Under the pieces are notes generated by a model that was not told the origin of the DNA, made no database searches, and saw only the letters and a program-made list of their open reading frames with translations. Below, one piece after another: positions 54,184 to 62,949 of a DNA stretch of 64,000 nucleotides. The stretch covers positions 20,025 through 84,024 of the forward strand of contig DASVDO010000017.1 of the NCBI GenBank assembly GCA_036381055.1, read 5' to 3'. The stretch is from Burkholderiales bacterium (GTDB taxonomy: Bacteria; Pseudomonadota; Gammaproteobacteria; Burkholderiales; SG8-39). Within the stretch, counting starts at the first letter, position 1. Every line of letters starts with the position of its first letter. A program made the position numbers and the translations under genes.

Positions 54184-55752
54184 ATGAGCATTCGAGCAGG
54201 CGTCGTGGTGGCGGCCGCCGCGTTCGCGACCGGCGCGCTGGCGCAGGACATCGGCCGCGTGACGCGGGTCACGCTTTATCCGGGCAGCGCGACCGTCGAG
54301 CGCGCGGTGCGCGTCGGCGCGGGCAGCGGCCGCATCGAGATGACCGGCCTGCCGGCCGGCTTCGACGTGCGCACGCTGCGCGTCGAGGGCGATCCGGGCA
54401 TCCGCATCGGCGAGGTCGCCGTGCGGGACATCGGCCGCGCCGAGGCGCTCTCGGCGCGCGAGGCCGACCTGGAGAGCCGCATCCAGGCGCTCAAGGACGA
54501 GAAGGCCGAGCTCGAGGTCGACGCGAAGACCGCCGAGCTGGTGCGCAATTACCTCGCGTCGCTCGGCGCGCGCGGCGGCGACGAGAAGGCGCCTGCGCTC
54601 GACGCGAAGACGATCCCGGCGGTCGTCGAGGCGATCCGCCGCGGCGGTGCCGACGCCTACGGCACGATGCAGAAGGTCGAGGTGCGCAAGCGCGAGCTCG
54701 ACAAGCGCATCGCCGCGCTGGAGCGCGACCTCGCGCGCCTGCGCACCGGCGCGCGCGACGTGCGCAGCCTGTGGATCAGCTACAGCGCCGCCAAGGCCGG
54801 CGAGCTGCGCGCCGCCTACCACGTGAGCAACGCGGGCTGGAAGCCGCTGTACCGCGCCGAGCTCGACTCGCAGGCGTCGCGCATGACGCTCGAGCGGCAG
54901 GCCCTGGTGATGCAGCGCACCGGCGAAGACTGGCGCGGCGTGACGCTGCGGCTTTCCACCGGCGCGCCGCGCCAGACGCACGTGGTCGAGCCGCGGCCGT
55001 GGCAGCTCGTGATCCGCCCGCCGGCGCAGCCGCTGCCGCGCAGCGCGCCCGCCGAGCTCGCGGCGAGCGCGGTGCGCGAGCGGGCCGCGCGCGACGACGC
55101 GGCGCGCGAGGAGACGGTGGCGCAGTTCCAGAGCACCTACGCGACCGAGTTCGAGGTGCCGGGGCGGGTGGACGTCGCCTCCGACGGCCGCCAGGTCACG
55201 GTGCTGCTCTCCTCGCAGGAGATTCCGGTCGCGCAGCGCATCCGCGTCGTGCCGCGCTACGGGCTGGACGCCACGGTGACCGCCGAGGCCGAGCAGCCCG
55301 AAGGCGTGTGGATCCCGGGCCAGGTGCAGCTCTACCGCGACGGCAGCTACATCGGCACCACCTTCTGGAACGCGCAGGCGAAGGAGAAGATCGTGCTGCC
55401 GTTCGGCCGCGACGACCTCGTGCTCGTGAAGAGCGAGCGCGTCAAGAACCGCGGCGGCGAGACCGGCATCCTCGGCCGGCGCGGCGAGCGGCAGATCGCC
55501 GACCTCTACACCATCACCAGCCGCCACAAGGTGCCGGTCGAGCTGCTGGTGCTCGAGGCTTCGCCGGTGGCGGTGTCCGACCAGATCGGCGTCGAGGCGT
55601 CGTTCCAGCCCGAGCCGAAGATCAAGGAATGGCAGAATCGCCGCGGCGTGGTCGCCTGGCAGCAGCCGCTCAGGCCGGGCGAGACGGCCAACTTCACCGT
55701 CGACTACACGATCAGCTATCCCAGGGACGCCAACGTGATCGGACTGCCATGA
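54184..55752 (+). CDS. DUF4139/DUF4140 (MuiA-like) family protein
   Basis: Signal peptide; VTLYPGSATVER, NAGWKPLY, QRTGEDW.GV.LRLST, LPFGRD. Confidence 0.85.
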   Translation: MSIRAGVVVAAAAFATGALAQDIGRVTRVTLYPGSATVERAVRVGAGSGRIEMTGLPAGFDVRTLRVEGDPGIRIGEVAVRDIGRAEALSAREADLESRIQALKDEKAELEVDAKTAELVRNYLASLGARGGDEKAPALDAKTIPAVVEAIRRGGADAYGTMQKVEVRKRELDKRIAALERDLARLRTGARDVRSLWISYSAAKAGELRAAYHVSNAGWKPLYRAELDSQASRMTLERQALVMQRTGEDWRGVTLRLSTGAPRQTHVVEPRPWQLVIRPPAQPLPRSAPAELAASAVRERAARDDAAREETVAQFQSTYATEFEVPGRVDVASDGRQVTVLLSSQEIPVAQRIRVVPRYGLDATVTAEAEQPEGVWIPGQVQLYRDGSYIGTTFWNAQAKEKIVLPFGRDDLVLVKSERVKNRGGETGILGRRGERQIADLYTITSRHKVPVELLVLEASPVAVSDQIGVEASFQPEPKIKEWQNRRGVVAWQQPLRPGETANFTVDYTISYPRDANVIGLP

Positions 55753-55963
55753 ACAAAACCCGAGCCGCTCTTGCCGCCGCCGCTCTCATGCTGCTCGCCG
55801 CCTGCGCCTATCGCCCGGTGATCGACCCGAAAACCTCGGCGCACCCGGAGAGATTCCAGGCCGACCTCGCCGAATGCCGGCAGCTCGCGGGGATCGGCGC
55901 CGCGAGAGGCGCATGATCGTGCGCAACTGCCTCAAGGGGCGCGGCTACGCGGTGCTGAACTAG
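55749..55963 (+). pseudogene. Glycine-zipper-type lipoprotein remnant with internal deletion/frameshift
   Basis: Lipobox LLAAC, YRPVID, DLAECRQLA, stop at 55916; the C-terminal motif IVRNCLKGRGYAVLN lies in another frame ending 55963. Confidence 0.6.
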
Positions 55964-56835
55964 GCGAGGCCGAGCAGGCGGCGCGGGTTGTCGACGAGGA
56001 TGCGCCTGCGGATCGCGTCGTCGGGGACGAGGGCGGCGAAAGCGTCGAGCAGCGACGCGTCGTCGGGCATGCGCGCCGGGTCGAACACGCCGGTGTGCGG
56101 CCAGTCGCTGCCCCAGATCAGGCGGTCCGCGGCGATCTCCACCAGGGCTGCGGCGAAGGGCGCGACGTCGTCGTAAGGGAAGGGCCGGCGCGAGATGCGG
56201 TCCAGGCCGCTCAGCTTGACCCAGAAATTCGGGCGCTTCATCAGCTCGCGCAGGATGCGGAAGGGCTCCTGGTCGACGCCCTGGCCGGCGTCGACGCGGC
56301 CGATGTGGTCGATCACCACCACGGCGGGAATCGCCTTCAGCCAGCTCTCCAGCCCGGGCAGCGCTTCGGCCTCGAAGTGCAGCTCGACGAACCAGCCGAG
56401 CGGCGCCACCGCCTCCAGCACGCGCTCGAACGCCGCCTTGTCCAGGCTGCCGCCGTGCTCGGGGTTGAAGGCGAAGCGCACGCCGCGCGCGCCCGCCGCG
56501 TGCAGCTCGGCCGCGCCCGCGGCGGTGCAGCGCTCGTCGAGCCGCACCACGGCGAAGTAGCGGCCCTGCGAGCGCGCCACCGCGTCGAGGTCGACGCGGT
56601 TGTCGAAGCCGTGCGTGTTGGCATGCACGACCAGCCCGCGCTCGATGCCGAGCGCGCGGTGCGTCTCGAGCAGCCGCTCGAGCGGCGCGTCGGGCGGCGT
56701 GTAGCGGCGCGACGCCGCGTAGGGGAAGCGCGCCTGCGGCCCGAGCACGTGGAAATGCGTGTCCCAGGCGCCGGGCGGCGGCTTGCGGCGCGGCGCGGCG
56801 GGCGGCCGCGGCCCGAGGCAGGCGCGCGGTTCCAT
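55960..56835 (-). CDS. Amidohydrolase, 2-pyrone-4,6-dicarboxylate lactonase (LigI)-like
   Basis: WDTHFHV.GP...FPY, YTPPDAP, VIDHIG, WVKLSG, WGSDWPH. Confidence 0.85.
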   Translation of the reverse strand: MEPRACLGPRPPAAPRRKPPPGAWDTHFHVLGPQARFPYAASRRYTPPDAPLERLLETHRALGIERGLVVHANTHGFDNRVDLDAVARSQGRYFAVVRLDERCTAAGAAELHAAGARGVRFAFNPEHGGSLDKAAFERVLEAVAPLGWFVELHFEAEALPGLESWLKAIPAVVVIDHIGRVDAGQGVDQEPFRILRELMKRPNFWVKLSGLDRISRRPFPYDDVAPFAAALVEIAADRLIWGSDWPHTGVFDPARMPDDASLLDAFAALVPDDAIRRRILVDNPRRLLGLA

Positions 56836-56839
56836 CGCG

Positions 56840-57565
56840 CTACATGTCGACGAAGAACGGCGTCTCCGACGGCCCGCGCAGGACGATGTCGAAGACGTAG
56901 TGCTGCGCGCCGTCGGGCTCGTCGTCGGCGCGCCGCGCGATCAGGGCGGCGCGCTCGTCGAGGTTCTCGATGCCGTTCAGGATCGGGTCGATGTCGTTCA
57001 GCTCTTCGCCCGGGAAGTAGAGCTGCGTGATCAGCCGCTGCATCAGCCCGGCGGCGAAGATCGAGTAGTGGATGTGCGGCGGCCGGTACCAGTTGTCGTA
57101 GCCGGGGTTGGGGTAGGCGCCGGGCTTGATGGAGCGGAAGCTGTAGCGCCCCTCGTCGTCGGTCAGCATGCGCCCCCAGCCCTTGAAGTTCGGGTCGAGC
57201 GGCGCATCGGTGCGGTCGTCGGGATGCTCGTACTTGCCCCAGCGGTTCGCCTGCCAGACCTCGATCAGCGCCTTGCGCACCGGCTTGCCGTGCTCGTCGA
57301 GGACGCGGCCGCTGACCACGATCGGCTGGCCCTCGGCGCGCGGCCCGCCCGGCACCTTGCAGGCGAGGTCGCGGTCGGCGTCGCTCACCAGGCCGAGCGC
57401 GAAGAACGGCCCGATGGTCTGCGAAGGCGTCACCACGCGCACCGGCTTGGCCGGCGTGCGCGTCTCGTGCACGCGGTAGCCCTTGATCAGCTCGAGGCGC
57501 TTGGCGTCGAGGAAGACCGAGGGATGGGGAAGGTTCGGTGAAGTCGGTTTCGGGTTCGCGGACAT
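56840..57565 (-). CDS. Protocatechuate 3,4-dioxygenase beta-subunit-like intradiol dioxygenase
   Basis: GKYEH, PLDPNF.GWGR.LTD..GRYSFRSIKPGAYP, RPPHIH, RLITQLYF. Confidence 0.8.
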   Translation of the reverse strand: MSANPKPTSPNLPHPSVFLDAKRLELIKGYRVHETRTPAKPVRVVTPSQTIGPFFALGLVSDADRDLACKVPGGPRAEGQPIVVSGRVLDEHGKPVRKALIEVWQANRWGKYEHPDDRTDAPLDPNFKGWGRMLTDDEGRYSFRSIKPGAYPNPGYDNWYRPPHIHYSIFAAGLMQRLITQLYFPGEELNDIDPILNGIENLDERAALIARRADDEPDGAQHYVFDIVLRGPSETPFFVDM

Positions 57566-57572
57566 ATCGCCC

Positions 57573-58544
57573 TCAGTTTGCTTTGGCGCCGGTCTTGCGG
57601 ATCACCGCAGCCCAGCGCGGCGTTTCCCAGCGGATGTACTCGGCGAAGGCCTCGGGCGTGCTCGCCACGACCTCGAACTGGATGCTGGTCAGGCGCTGGC
57701 GCACGTCCGGCTGCTTCAGCTCGTCGACGAGGATCCGGTTGTAGCGATCGAGGATGTTGCGCGGCGTGCCGCCCGGCGCGAGGAAGCCGATCCAGGCGAT
57801 GGCCTCGAAGTCCTTGTAGCCGGACTCGATGAGCGTCGGCACCTCGGGCGTCGCGGGAAAGCGCTTTCTCCCGCTCACCGCCAGCACTTTCAGCCTCCCG
57901 TCCTTGAGGTGAGGCAGCACGTTGCCGGGAACGAAGAACGCCGCCTGCACGTTGCCCGCCAGCAGGGCGGTCACCGTCGGCGCGGCGCCCTTGAAGGGGA
58001 TGTTCACGATGTCCAGCCCCGCGGCGCTCTTGAACATCTCCATCGTCAGGTGCGAGGCGCTGCCGATCGAGATGGAGCCGTAGCTCAGCTTGCCCGGCCG
58101 CGCCTTCGCGTATTCCACGAACTCCGCCACCGTGTTGACCGGCAGGGACGGATGGACGGTCAGGAACTGCGGCGTGGTGACGGCGAGCGTGATCGGCGCC
58201 AGGTCCTTCTGCGGATCGTAGGGAAGGTGGTCGAACAGCGTGACGTTGACGGTGATCGGCGCGGTGTAGCCGACGAGGATGGTCTGCCCGTCGGGCTGCG
58301 CCTTCGCCACGAGGTCGGTGCCGATGTTGCCGCCCGCGCCCGGCTTGTTCTCCACGATCACCGGCTGCCCGAATTCCTTCTGCAGCCGGGGCGCGACCAG
58401 GCGCGCGAGCAGGTCCACCGTGCCGCCCTGGACGGGGACGATCAGGCGGACCGTCCCCGAGGGTTTCCATTCCTGCGCGGCCGCCGGCGCGGCAAGCGCG
58501 AGCGCGAGGACCGTCGACAGCAGCAATTGCGCTTTGGATCTCAT
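57573..58544 (-). CDS. Bug/TctC substrate-binding protein
   Basis: VENKPGAGGNIG, AQPDGQTIL, IPFKGAAP. Confidence 0.9.
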   Translation of the reverse strand: MRSKAQLLLSTVLALALAAPAAAQEWKPSGTVRLIVPVQGGTVDLLARLVAPRLQKEFGQPVIVENKPGAGGNIGTDLVAKAQPDGQTILVGYTAPITVNVTLFDHLPYDPQKDLAPITLAVTTPQFLTVHPSLPVNTVAEFVEYAKARPGKLSYGSISIGSASHLTMEMFKSAAGLDIVNIPFKGAAPTVTALLAGNVQAAFFVPGNVLPHLKDGRLKVLAVSGRKRFPATPEVPTLIESGYKDFEAIAWIGFLAPGGTPRNILDRYNRILVDELKQPDVRQRLTSIQFEVVASTPEAFAEYIRWETPRWAAVIRKTGAKAN

Positions 58545-58566
58545 CTGCGTCTCCTTGCGTGCTCGA

Positions 58567-59841
58567 TCAAACCGTGTACACGGGCTTCGACAGGCTGTCC
58601 TGCAGCGCCGCTTTCGCCCACTCGGTGGCCTTCTCCCTGCGGTTCAGCAGTATCGAGGCGGCGCGCACGCGCTGGGTCTTCGCGCTGAGCGCCGGCGGCG
58701 CGACGCCCTTTTCCAGATCGCGCGCGGCGCGGTAGAGCGCGCGCCGCGCCATGACGATCGCCTTGTCGGTCGGCACCAGGAACTCCTTTTCGTAGTCCTG
58801 GATCGGGCCCATGCTCTCCTGCAGCGACGAGTCCTGCATGCCGAAGCCCTGCACGCCGCTGTACAACCGCCCCTCGCGCTGCGCCTGCCGGTCGATCAGC
58901 CAGTCGTTGTCCTTGTTCGCGACCGGCCGGAAGGTGCCCGGGATGAGCTTCGCGTGGATGCCTTCGCCGCGCTTCATCGCCTCGAGCTCTTCCGGCGGCA
59001 GCGGCTTGTCGGGGAAGAAGTTGATGTTCCAGGTCCAGCAGCTCTCGTCGTCCCTGGGAATCCAGATGTGCCCGCCGAGCGCGTGCGGCCCGAAGGGCGG
59101 GATCAGCGTGAACCAGGGGAAGATCCACTGCGTGATGCGGTAGTAATAGGAGTCGTCCTCGCCGTTGCGGCGCCCGAAGATGGTGAGCCCGTGCTCGGCC
59201 TCGACGATGTCGAACACCGCGTTGCGGTCGGCCTTGATGTACTTGTTGGCCGGCGCGTGCCTGTGCATCGGGTCGGTGTCGAGCTCGTAGCGGTGCACCC
59301 AGGAGGCGTGCGTCGTGTCGATGCCGCCTTCCATGGACTGCAGCCAGCCGCACTCCTGGATGCGCTTGGAGACATAGCGCTGCTCGGGCGGCACCAGGGC
59401 CCATTCGAGCTCGGGCGGCTCCGGACGCTTCTCCGGCGGTCCCATGTAGGCCCAGACGATGTCGCCGCGCTCGATGCAGGGGTAGGCCTTGAGCTTCACC
59501 TTGCACGCGATCTGCGGCGCCGAGGGCAGCTCGACGCAGTTGCCGTGGATGTCGTACTTCCAGCCGTGGTAGGAGCAGCGGATGCCGCCTTCCTCGTTGC
59601 GTCCGAGGAAGAGCGACGCGCGGCGATGCGCGCAGAACTCGTCCACCAGGCCGGGGCGTCCCTCGCTGTCGCGGAAGGCGAGCAGCCGCTCGCCGAGCAG
59701 CTTGACGCGCACCGGCGGGCAGTCGGGCTCGGGGATCTCGCGCGAGAGCAGCGCCGGAACCCAGTAGCGCCGCATCAGATTGCCCATGGGAGTGCCGGGC
59801 CCTACGCGGACCAGGCATTCGATCATCTCGGGTGTCATCAT
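58567..59841 (-). CDS. Rieske oxygenase alpha subunit, phthalate 4,5-dioxygenase family
   Basis: VGPGTPMG.LMRRYW.P; CAH...CSYH; EGGIDTTHASWVH; QDSSLQESMGPI. Confidence 0.9.
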   Translation of the reverse strand: MMTPEMIECLVRVGPGTPMGNLMRRYWVPALLSREIPEPDCPPVRVKLLGERLLAFRDSEGRPGLVDEFCAHRRASLFLGRNEEGGIRCSYHGWKYDIHGNCVELPSAPQIACKVKLKAYPCIERGDIVWAYMGPPEKRPEPPELEWALVPPEQRYVSKRIQECGWLQSMEGGIDTTHASWVHRYELDTDPMHRHAPANKYIKADRNAVFDIVEAEHGLTIFGRRNGEDDSYYYRITQWIFPWFTLIPPFGPHALGGHIWIPRDDESCWTWNINFFPDKPLPPEELEAMKRGEGIHAKLIPGTFRPVANKDNDWLIDRQAQREGRLYSGVQGFGMQDSSLQESMGPIQDYEKEFLVPTDKAIVMARRALYRAARDLEKGVAPPALSAKTQRVRAASILLNRREKATEWAKAALQDSLSKPVYTV

Positions 59842-59872
59842 GGCATGAGGCTCGGTCGTTGGTTGGTTCGCA

Positions 59873-60841
59873 TCACTTCGTGCCGCTGGCCTTGATGCCA
59901 GCGCGCTTGACCACTTCCCGCCACTTGGCGGATTCGCGCTCCATGAGACGCAGCAGCTCGGCCGGGGTCGAGGGCTGAACCTCGAGGCCCTGCTTTTCCA
60001 GGCCGGCGCGCGTCTCCGGCTCGCCGAGGATCTCCGCTACCGTGCCGTTCAGCCTGGCCTGCAACGCGTCGGGCAATCCGGCCGGGGCGAGCATGGCGTA
60101 CCAGATATCCACCTCCGCGCCGGGCAGCCCCTGCTCGGCGAGCGTCGGGATCTCGGGCACGCTCGACGATCGCTGCGCGCTGCCGACGCCCAGCACGGTC
60201 AGCCGCGGGTTGCGCAGTTGCGGCCGCGCGACCGGGATGGGCACGAACATGGCATTGACCGTGTTCGAGAGGAGGCTGGTGACGGCCGCGCCCGTGTTCG
60301 AGTGCGGCACGTGGAGCAGCTCGATCTTCGCCAGCCCCTGGAAGAACTCCATCGCCAGGTGGTGCACCGTGCCGACGCCGGGCGTGCCGTAGGTGATGGC
60401 GCCCGGGCGCGCCTTCGCCTCGCGGACCAGCTGGTCGAGCGTCTTGATGCCGGTGTCGGCGTTGACGACCAGCAGCATGCGCGTCCAGCCGATCAGCGAA
60501 ACCGGCACGAAGTCGCGGAACGGGTCGTAGTTGGCCGCCTCCCCGTAGACATGCGGGTTGATGACATGCCCGCTGACCTGCATCAGCAGCGTGTAGCCGT
60601 CGCCGCTCGCGCGCGCGGCGAGGGCCGTGCCGACCACGCCGCTCGCGCCGGTCCGGTTCTCGACGACCACCGGCTGACCCCAGCGCGCCGAGAGCTTCTG
60701 GCCGACGGTGCGGGCGATGATGTCGATCGACGTTCCCGGGCTGTAGGGCACGATGATCTTTACCGGGCGCTCGGGATACGCCGGCTGGGCGGCCGCGGCC
60801 AGCGGAACGCACAGGCAAGCAAGGAGGAGGAGGGCTCTCAT
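59873..60841 (-). CDS. Bug/TctC substrate-binding protein
   Basis: YPERPVKIIVPYSPG, VVENRTGASG, PEIPTLAEQG. Confidence 0.9.
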   Translation of the reverse strand: MRALLLLACLCVPLAAAAQPAYPERPVKIIVPYSPGTSIDIIARTVGQKLSARWGQPVVVENRTGASGVVGTALAARASGDGYTLLMQVSGHVINPHVYGEAANYDPFRDFVPVSLIGWTRMLLVVNADTGIKTLDQLVREAKARPGAITYGTPGVGTVHHLAMEFFQGLAKIELLHVPHSNTGAAVTSLLSNTVNAMFVPIPVARPQLRNPRLTVLGVGSAQRSSSVPEIPTLAEQGLPGAEVDIWYAMLAPAGLPDALQARLNGTVAEILGEPETRAGLEKQGLEVQPSTPAELLRLMERESAKWREVVKRAGIKASGTK

Positions 60842-60842
60842 T

Positions 60843-61817
60843 TCAGTTGAGCTTCAGGCCGATTTCCTTGACGATCTTCGCGTAGCGCTGCACCTCGCCT
60901 TCCATGAACGCCTGGAACTGCTCGGGCGTCATGGGCGCGGGCTCGAAGCCCAGGCTGAACAGCCGGGTCTTCACGGCCTCGTCGGCGAGCGCCCGGTTGA
61001 GGGCGCGGTTGAGCTCGGCCATCACCTCGCGCGGCGTCCCGGCCGGCGCGAGCAGGCCCACGGTGAGCGGATAGGAAAAGCCCGGCACGGTCTCCGCGAT
61101 CGGCGGCACGCCCGGGAAGACCGGCGAGGGCCGCTCGGTGGTGACCGCCAGCGCGCGCATCTTGCCGGTCTTCACGTACTGCACGGCGGAGGCGTCCGCG
61201 GTCGAGAAGTCGACCTGGCCGGCGAACAATGCCGTCGTCGCGAGCGACGAGCCCTTGAAGGGAACGTGCAGGAACTTGACCCCCGTGGCGCGCGCCAGGA
61301 TCTCGGTCACGAGGTGCGGCCCGGCGCCCGCGCCGGACGAGGAGTAGCTCACGCCCTCGGGCTTCGAGCGCGCGCGCCCGATCAGGTCCTTCATGGTCTT
61401 GATGTCCGAGGAGGCGTTGACCACGATCGCGAACGGCGCCCGGCCGATCATTCCCACCGCGCTGAAGCTCTTCACCGCGTCGTAGCTCAGGTCCTTGTAG
61501 AGCGCCGACGACGTGGCGTGCGTGCCGGGGCCGACCAGCAGCAGCGTGTAGCCGTCCGGCGCCGCGGCGGCGACGTAGGCCGCGCCGATGGTCGTGCCGG
61601 CCCCCGCCCGGTTTTCCACGATGACCGGCTCCTTCCACTGCTCGCTCATCTTCTCGGCGACCAGGCGGGCCGTGATGTCGGAGGAGCCGCCCGGCGAGAA
61701 CGGCACGACGATCTTGACCGTGTGGTCGGGGAAGCCCGCGGCAAGCGCAGGCCCGGCCGCCGCGCTTCCCAGTGCCAGCGCCAGCGCGCCGATCCAGCCC
61801 ATTCTGCTCGATGCCAT
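60843..61817 (-). CDS. Bug/TctC substrate-binding protein
   Basis: FPDHTVKIVVPFSPGGSSD, VENRAGAG, HVPFKGS. Confidence 0.9.
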   Translation of the reverse strand: MASSRMGWIGALALALGSAAAGPALAAGFPDHTVKIVVPFSPGGSSDITARLVAEKMSEQWKEPVIVENRAGAGTTIGAAYVAAAAPDGYTLLLVGPGTHATSSALYKDLSYDAVKSFSAVGMIGRAPFAIVVNASSDIKTMKDLIGRARSKPEGVSYSSSGAGAGPHLVTEILARATGVKFLHVPFKGSSLATTALFAGQVDFSTADASAVQYVKTGKMRALAVTTERPSPVFPGVPPIAETVPGFSYPLTVGLLAPAGTPREVMAELNRALNRALADEAVKTRLFSLGFEPAPMTPEQFQAFMEGEVQRYAKIVKEIGLKLN

Positions 61818-61831
61818 TGCAGCTCCTTTCG

Positions 61832-62443
61832 TCACTCGTTGAGGTACGGCGGTTTGATGCTGATGTTTTCCTGGCGCTCGATGTGCCGGATGAACTTGTA
61901 CTTGTCCTCCACGCCGTCGCTCAGCTTTATCCGGTCCTTCGGGAAGTCGGTGAAAACGCCCGGCTCGATGCGCAGGTTGACGAAGCCCACCTGGTTGTCG
62001 GCGAGCATCGCCGAGACGTGGCGCGTGACCGCGTCCGGATCGCGCGCCGTCGCGGTGACCGGGATGCCGGCGCCGGCGGCGAGGCGCTCCAGGTCGACGT
62101 TGCGGCTGGTGTGCGTCGGATGGGTGCCGACGCCCTCGTACATCCGGTTGTCGAACACCAGGATGGTCAGGTTGGGCGGCAGCTCGTTCGCCATGGTGCA
62201 CAGCGCGCCGGGATTCATCAGGCAGCCGCCGTCGGTGTCGAACGCGAGCACGCGGCGGTGCGGCAGCGCGACCGCCAGCCCGAAGGCGAAGGGCACGACC
62301 CCGCCCATCAGCGAGAGGAAGAAGGTGCCGTCGCCGGGGGCGAGGCTGTACCACTCGTTCTTGATCGTGCCGACCGAGGTGACCACGAGGTCCTCGGCCT
62401 TGACCAGCTTGGCGATGCGCTGCAGCGCGTCGTAACGTTTCAT
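61832..62443 (-). CDS. ThDP-dependent decarboxylase beta subunit (sulfopyruvate/phosphonopyruvate decarboxylase ComE-like)
   Basis: ATGA overlap; MGGVVPFAFGLA, DTDGGCLMN...VFDNRMY ThDP motif. Confidence 0.8.
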   Translation of the reverse strand: MKRYDALQRIAKLVKAEDLVVTSVGTIKNEWYSLAPGDGTFFLSLMGGVVPFAFGLAVALPHRRVLAFDTDGGCLMNPGALCTMANELPPNLTILVFDNRMYEGVGTHPTHTSRNVDLERLAAGAGIPVTATARDPDAVTRHVSAMLADNQVGFVNLRIEPGVFTDFPKDRIKLSDGVEDKYKFIRHIERQENISIKPPYLNE

Positions 62444-62949
62444 ACGCCTTCTCCCACCAGGGGCCGCCTGAAGATGATCGCCACGTGATAGTGCGTGTTG
62501 GCGCCGTGCACCACGCCGCGCACGATGCGGGGAACGATGTCCTCCTCGCGCTCGATCATGATGTAGGGGATGCGCAGCGCGTTGAGCAGCGGCTCCATGG
62601 TGAGCCCGTGGTTGACGCCCCAGTGCACGCGCTCGCCGACGTCGCCGCGGTAGCCCATCAGCATGACCACCGGCAGCGTGTTCACCAGGCCGATGCGCGC
62701 GAGCGCCTCGCAGGCGACGCGCAGCCCGGAGTTCTCCATGATCAGCACCGCCCGCTTGCCGCCCGCCCAAGAGCCGGCGGCCACCGCCGCGCCCTCCGCC
62801 TCGTTCGTGACCGGGATGTAGCGGATCTGCTTGTCCTGCATCGCCGCGTTGTAGACCCCTCTGAGCAGCGAGTCGGGCAACGACGCCATCACCTGCACCC
62901 GCGCCTGCTTCAGCCCTTGCAGGACCAGCCCTGCCAGGCGTGCTTCCAT
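62440..62949 (-). CDS. ThDP-dependent decarboxylase alpha subunit (ComD-like)
   Basis: SLPDS, VTNEAEGAAVAAG, IMENSG, MLMGYRG. Confidence 0.8.
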   Translation of the reverse strand: MEARLAGLVLQGLKQARVQVMASLPDSLLRGVYNAAMQDKQIRYIPVTNEAEGAAVAAGSWAGGKRAVLIMENSGLRVACEALARIGLVNTLPVVMLMGYRGDVGERVHWGVNHGLTMEPLLNALRIPYIMIEREEDIVPRIVRGVVHGANTHYHVAIIFRRPLVGEGV

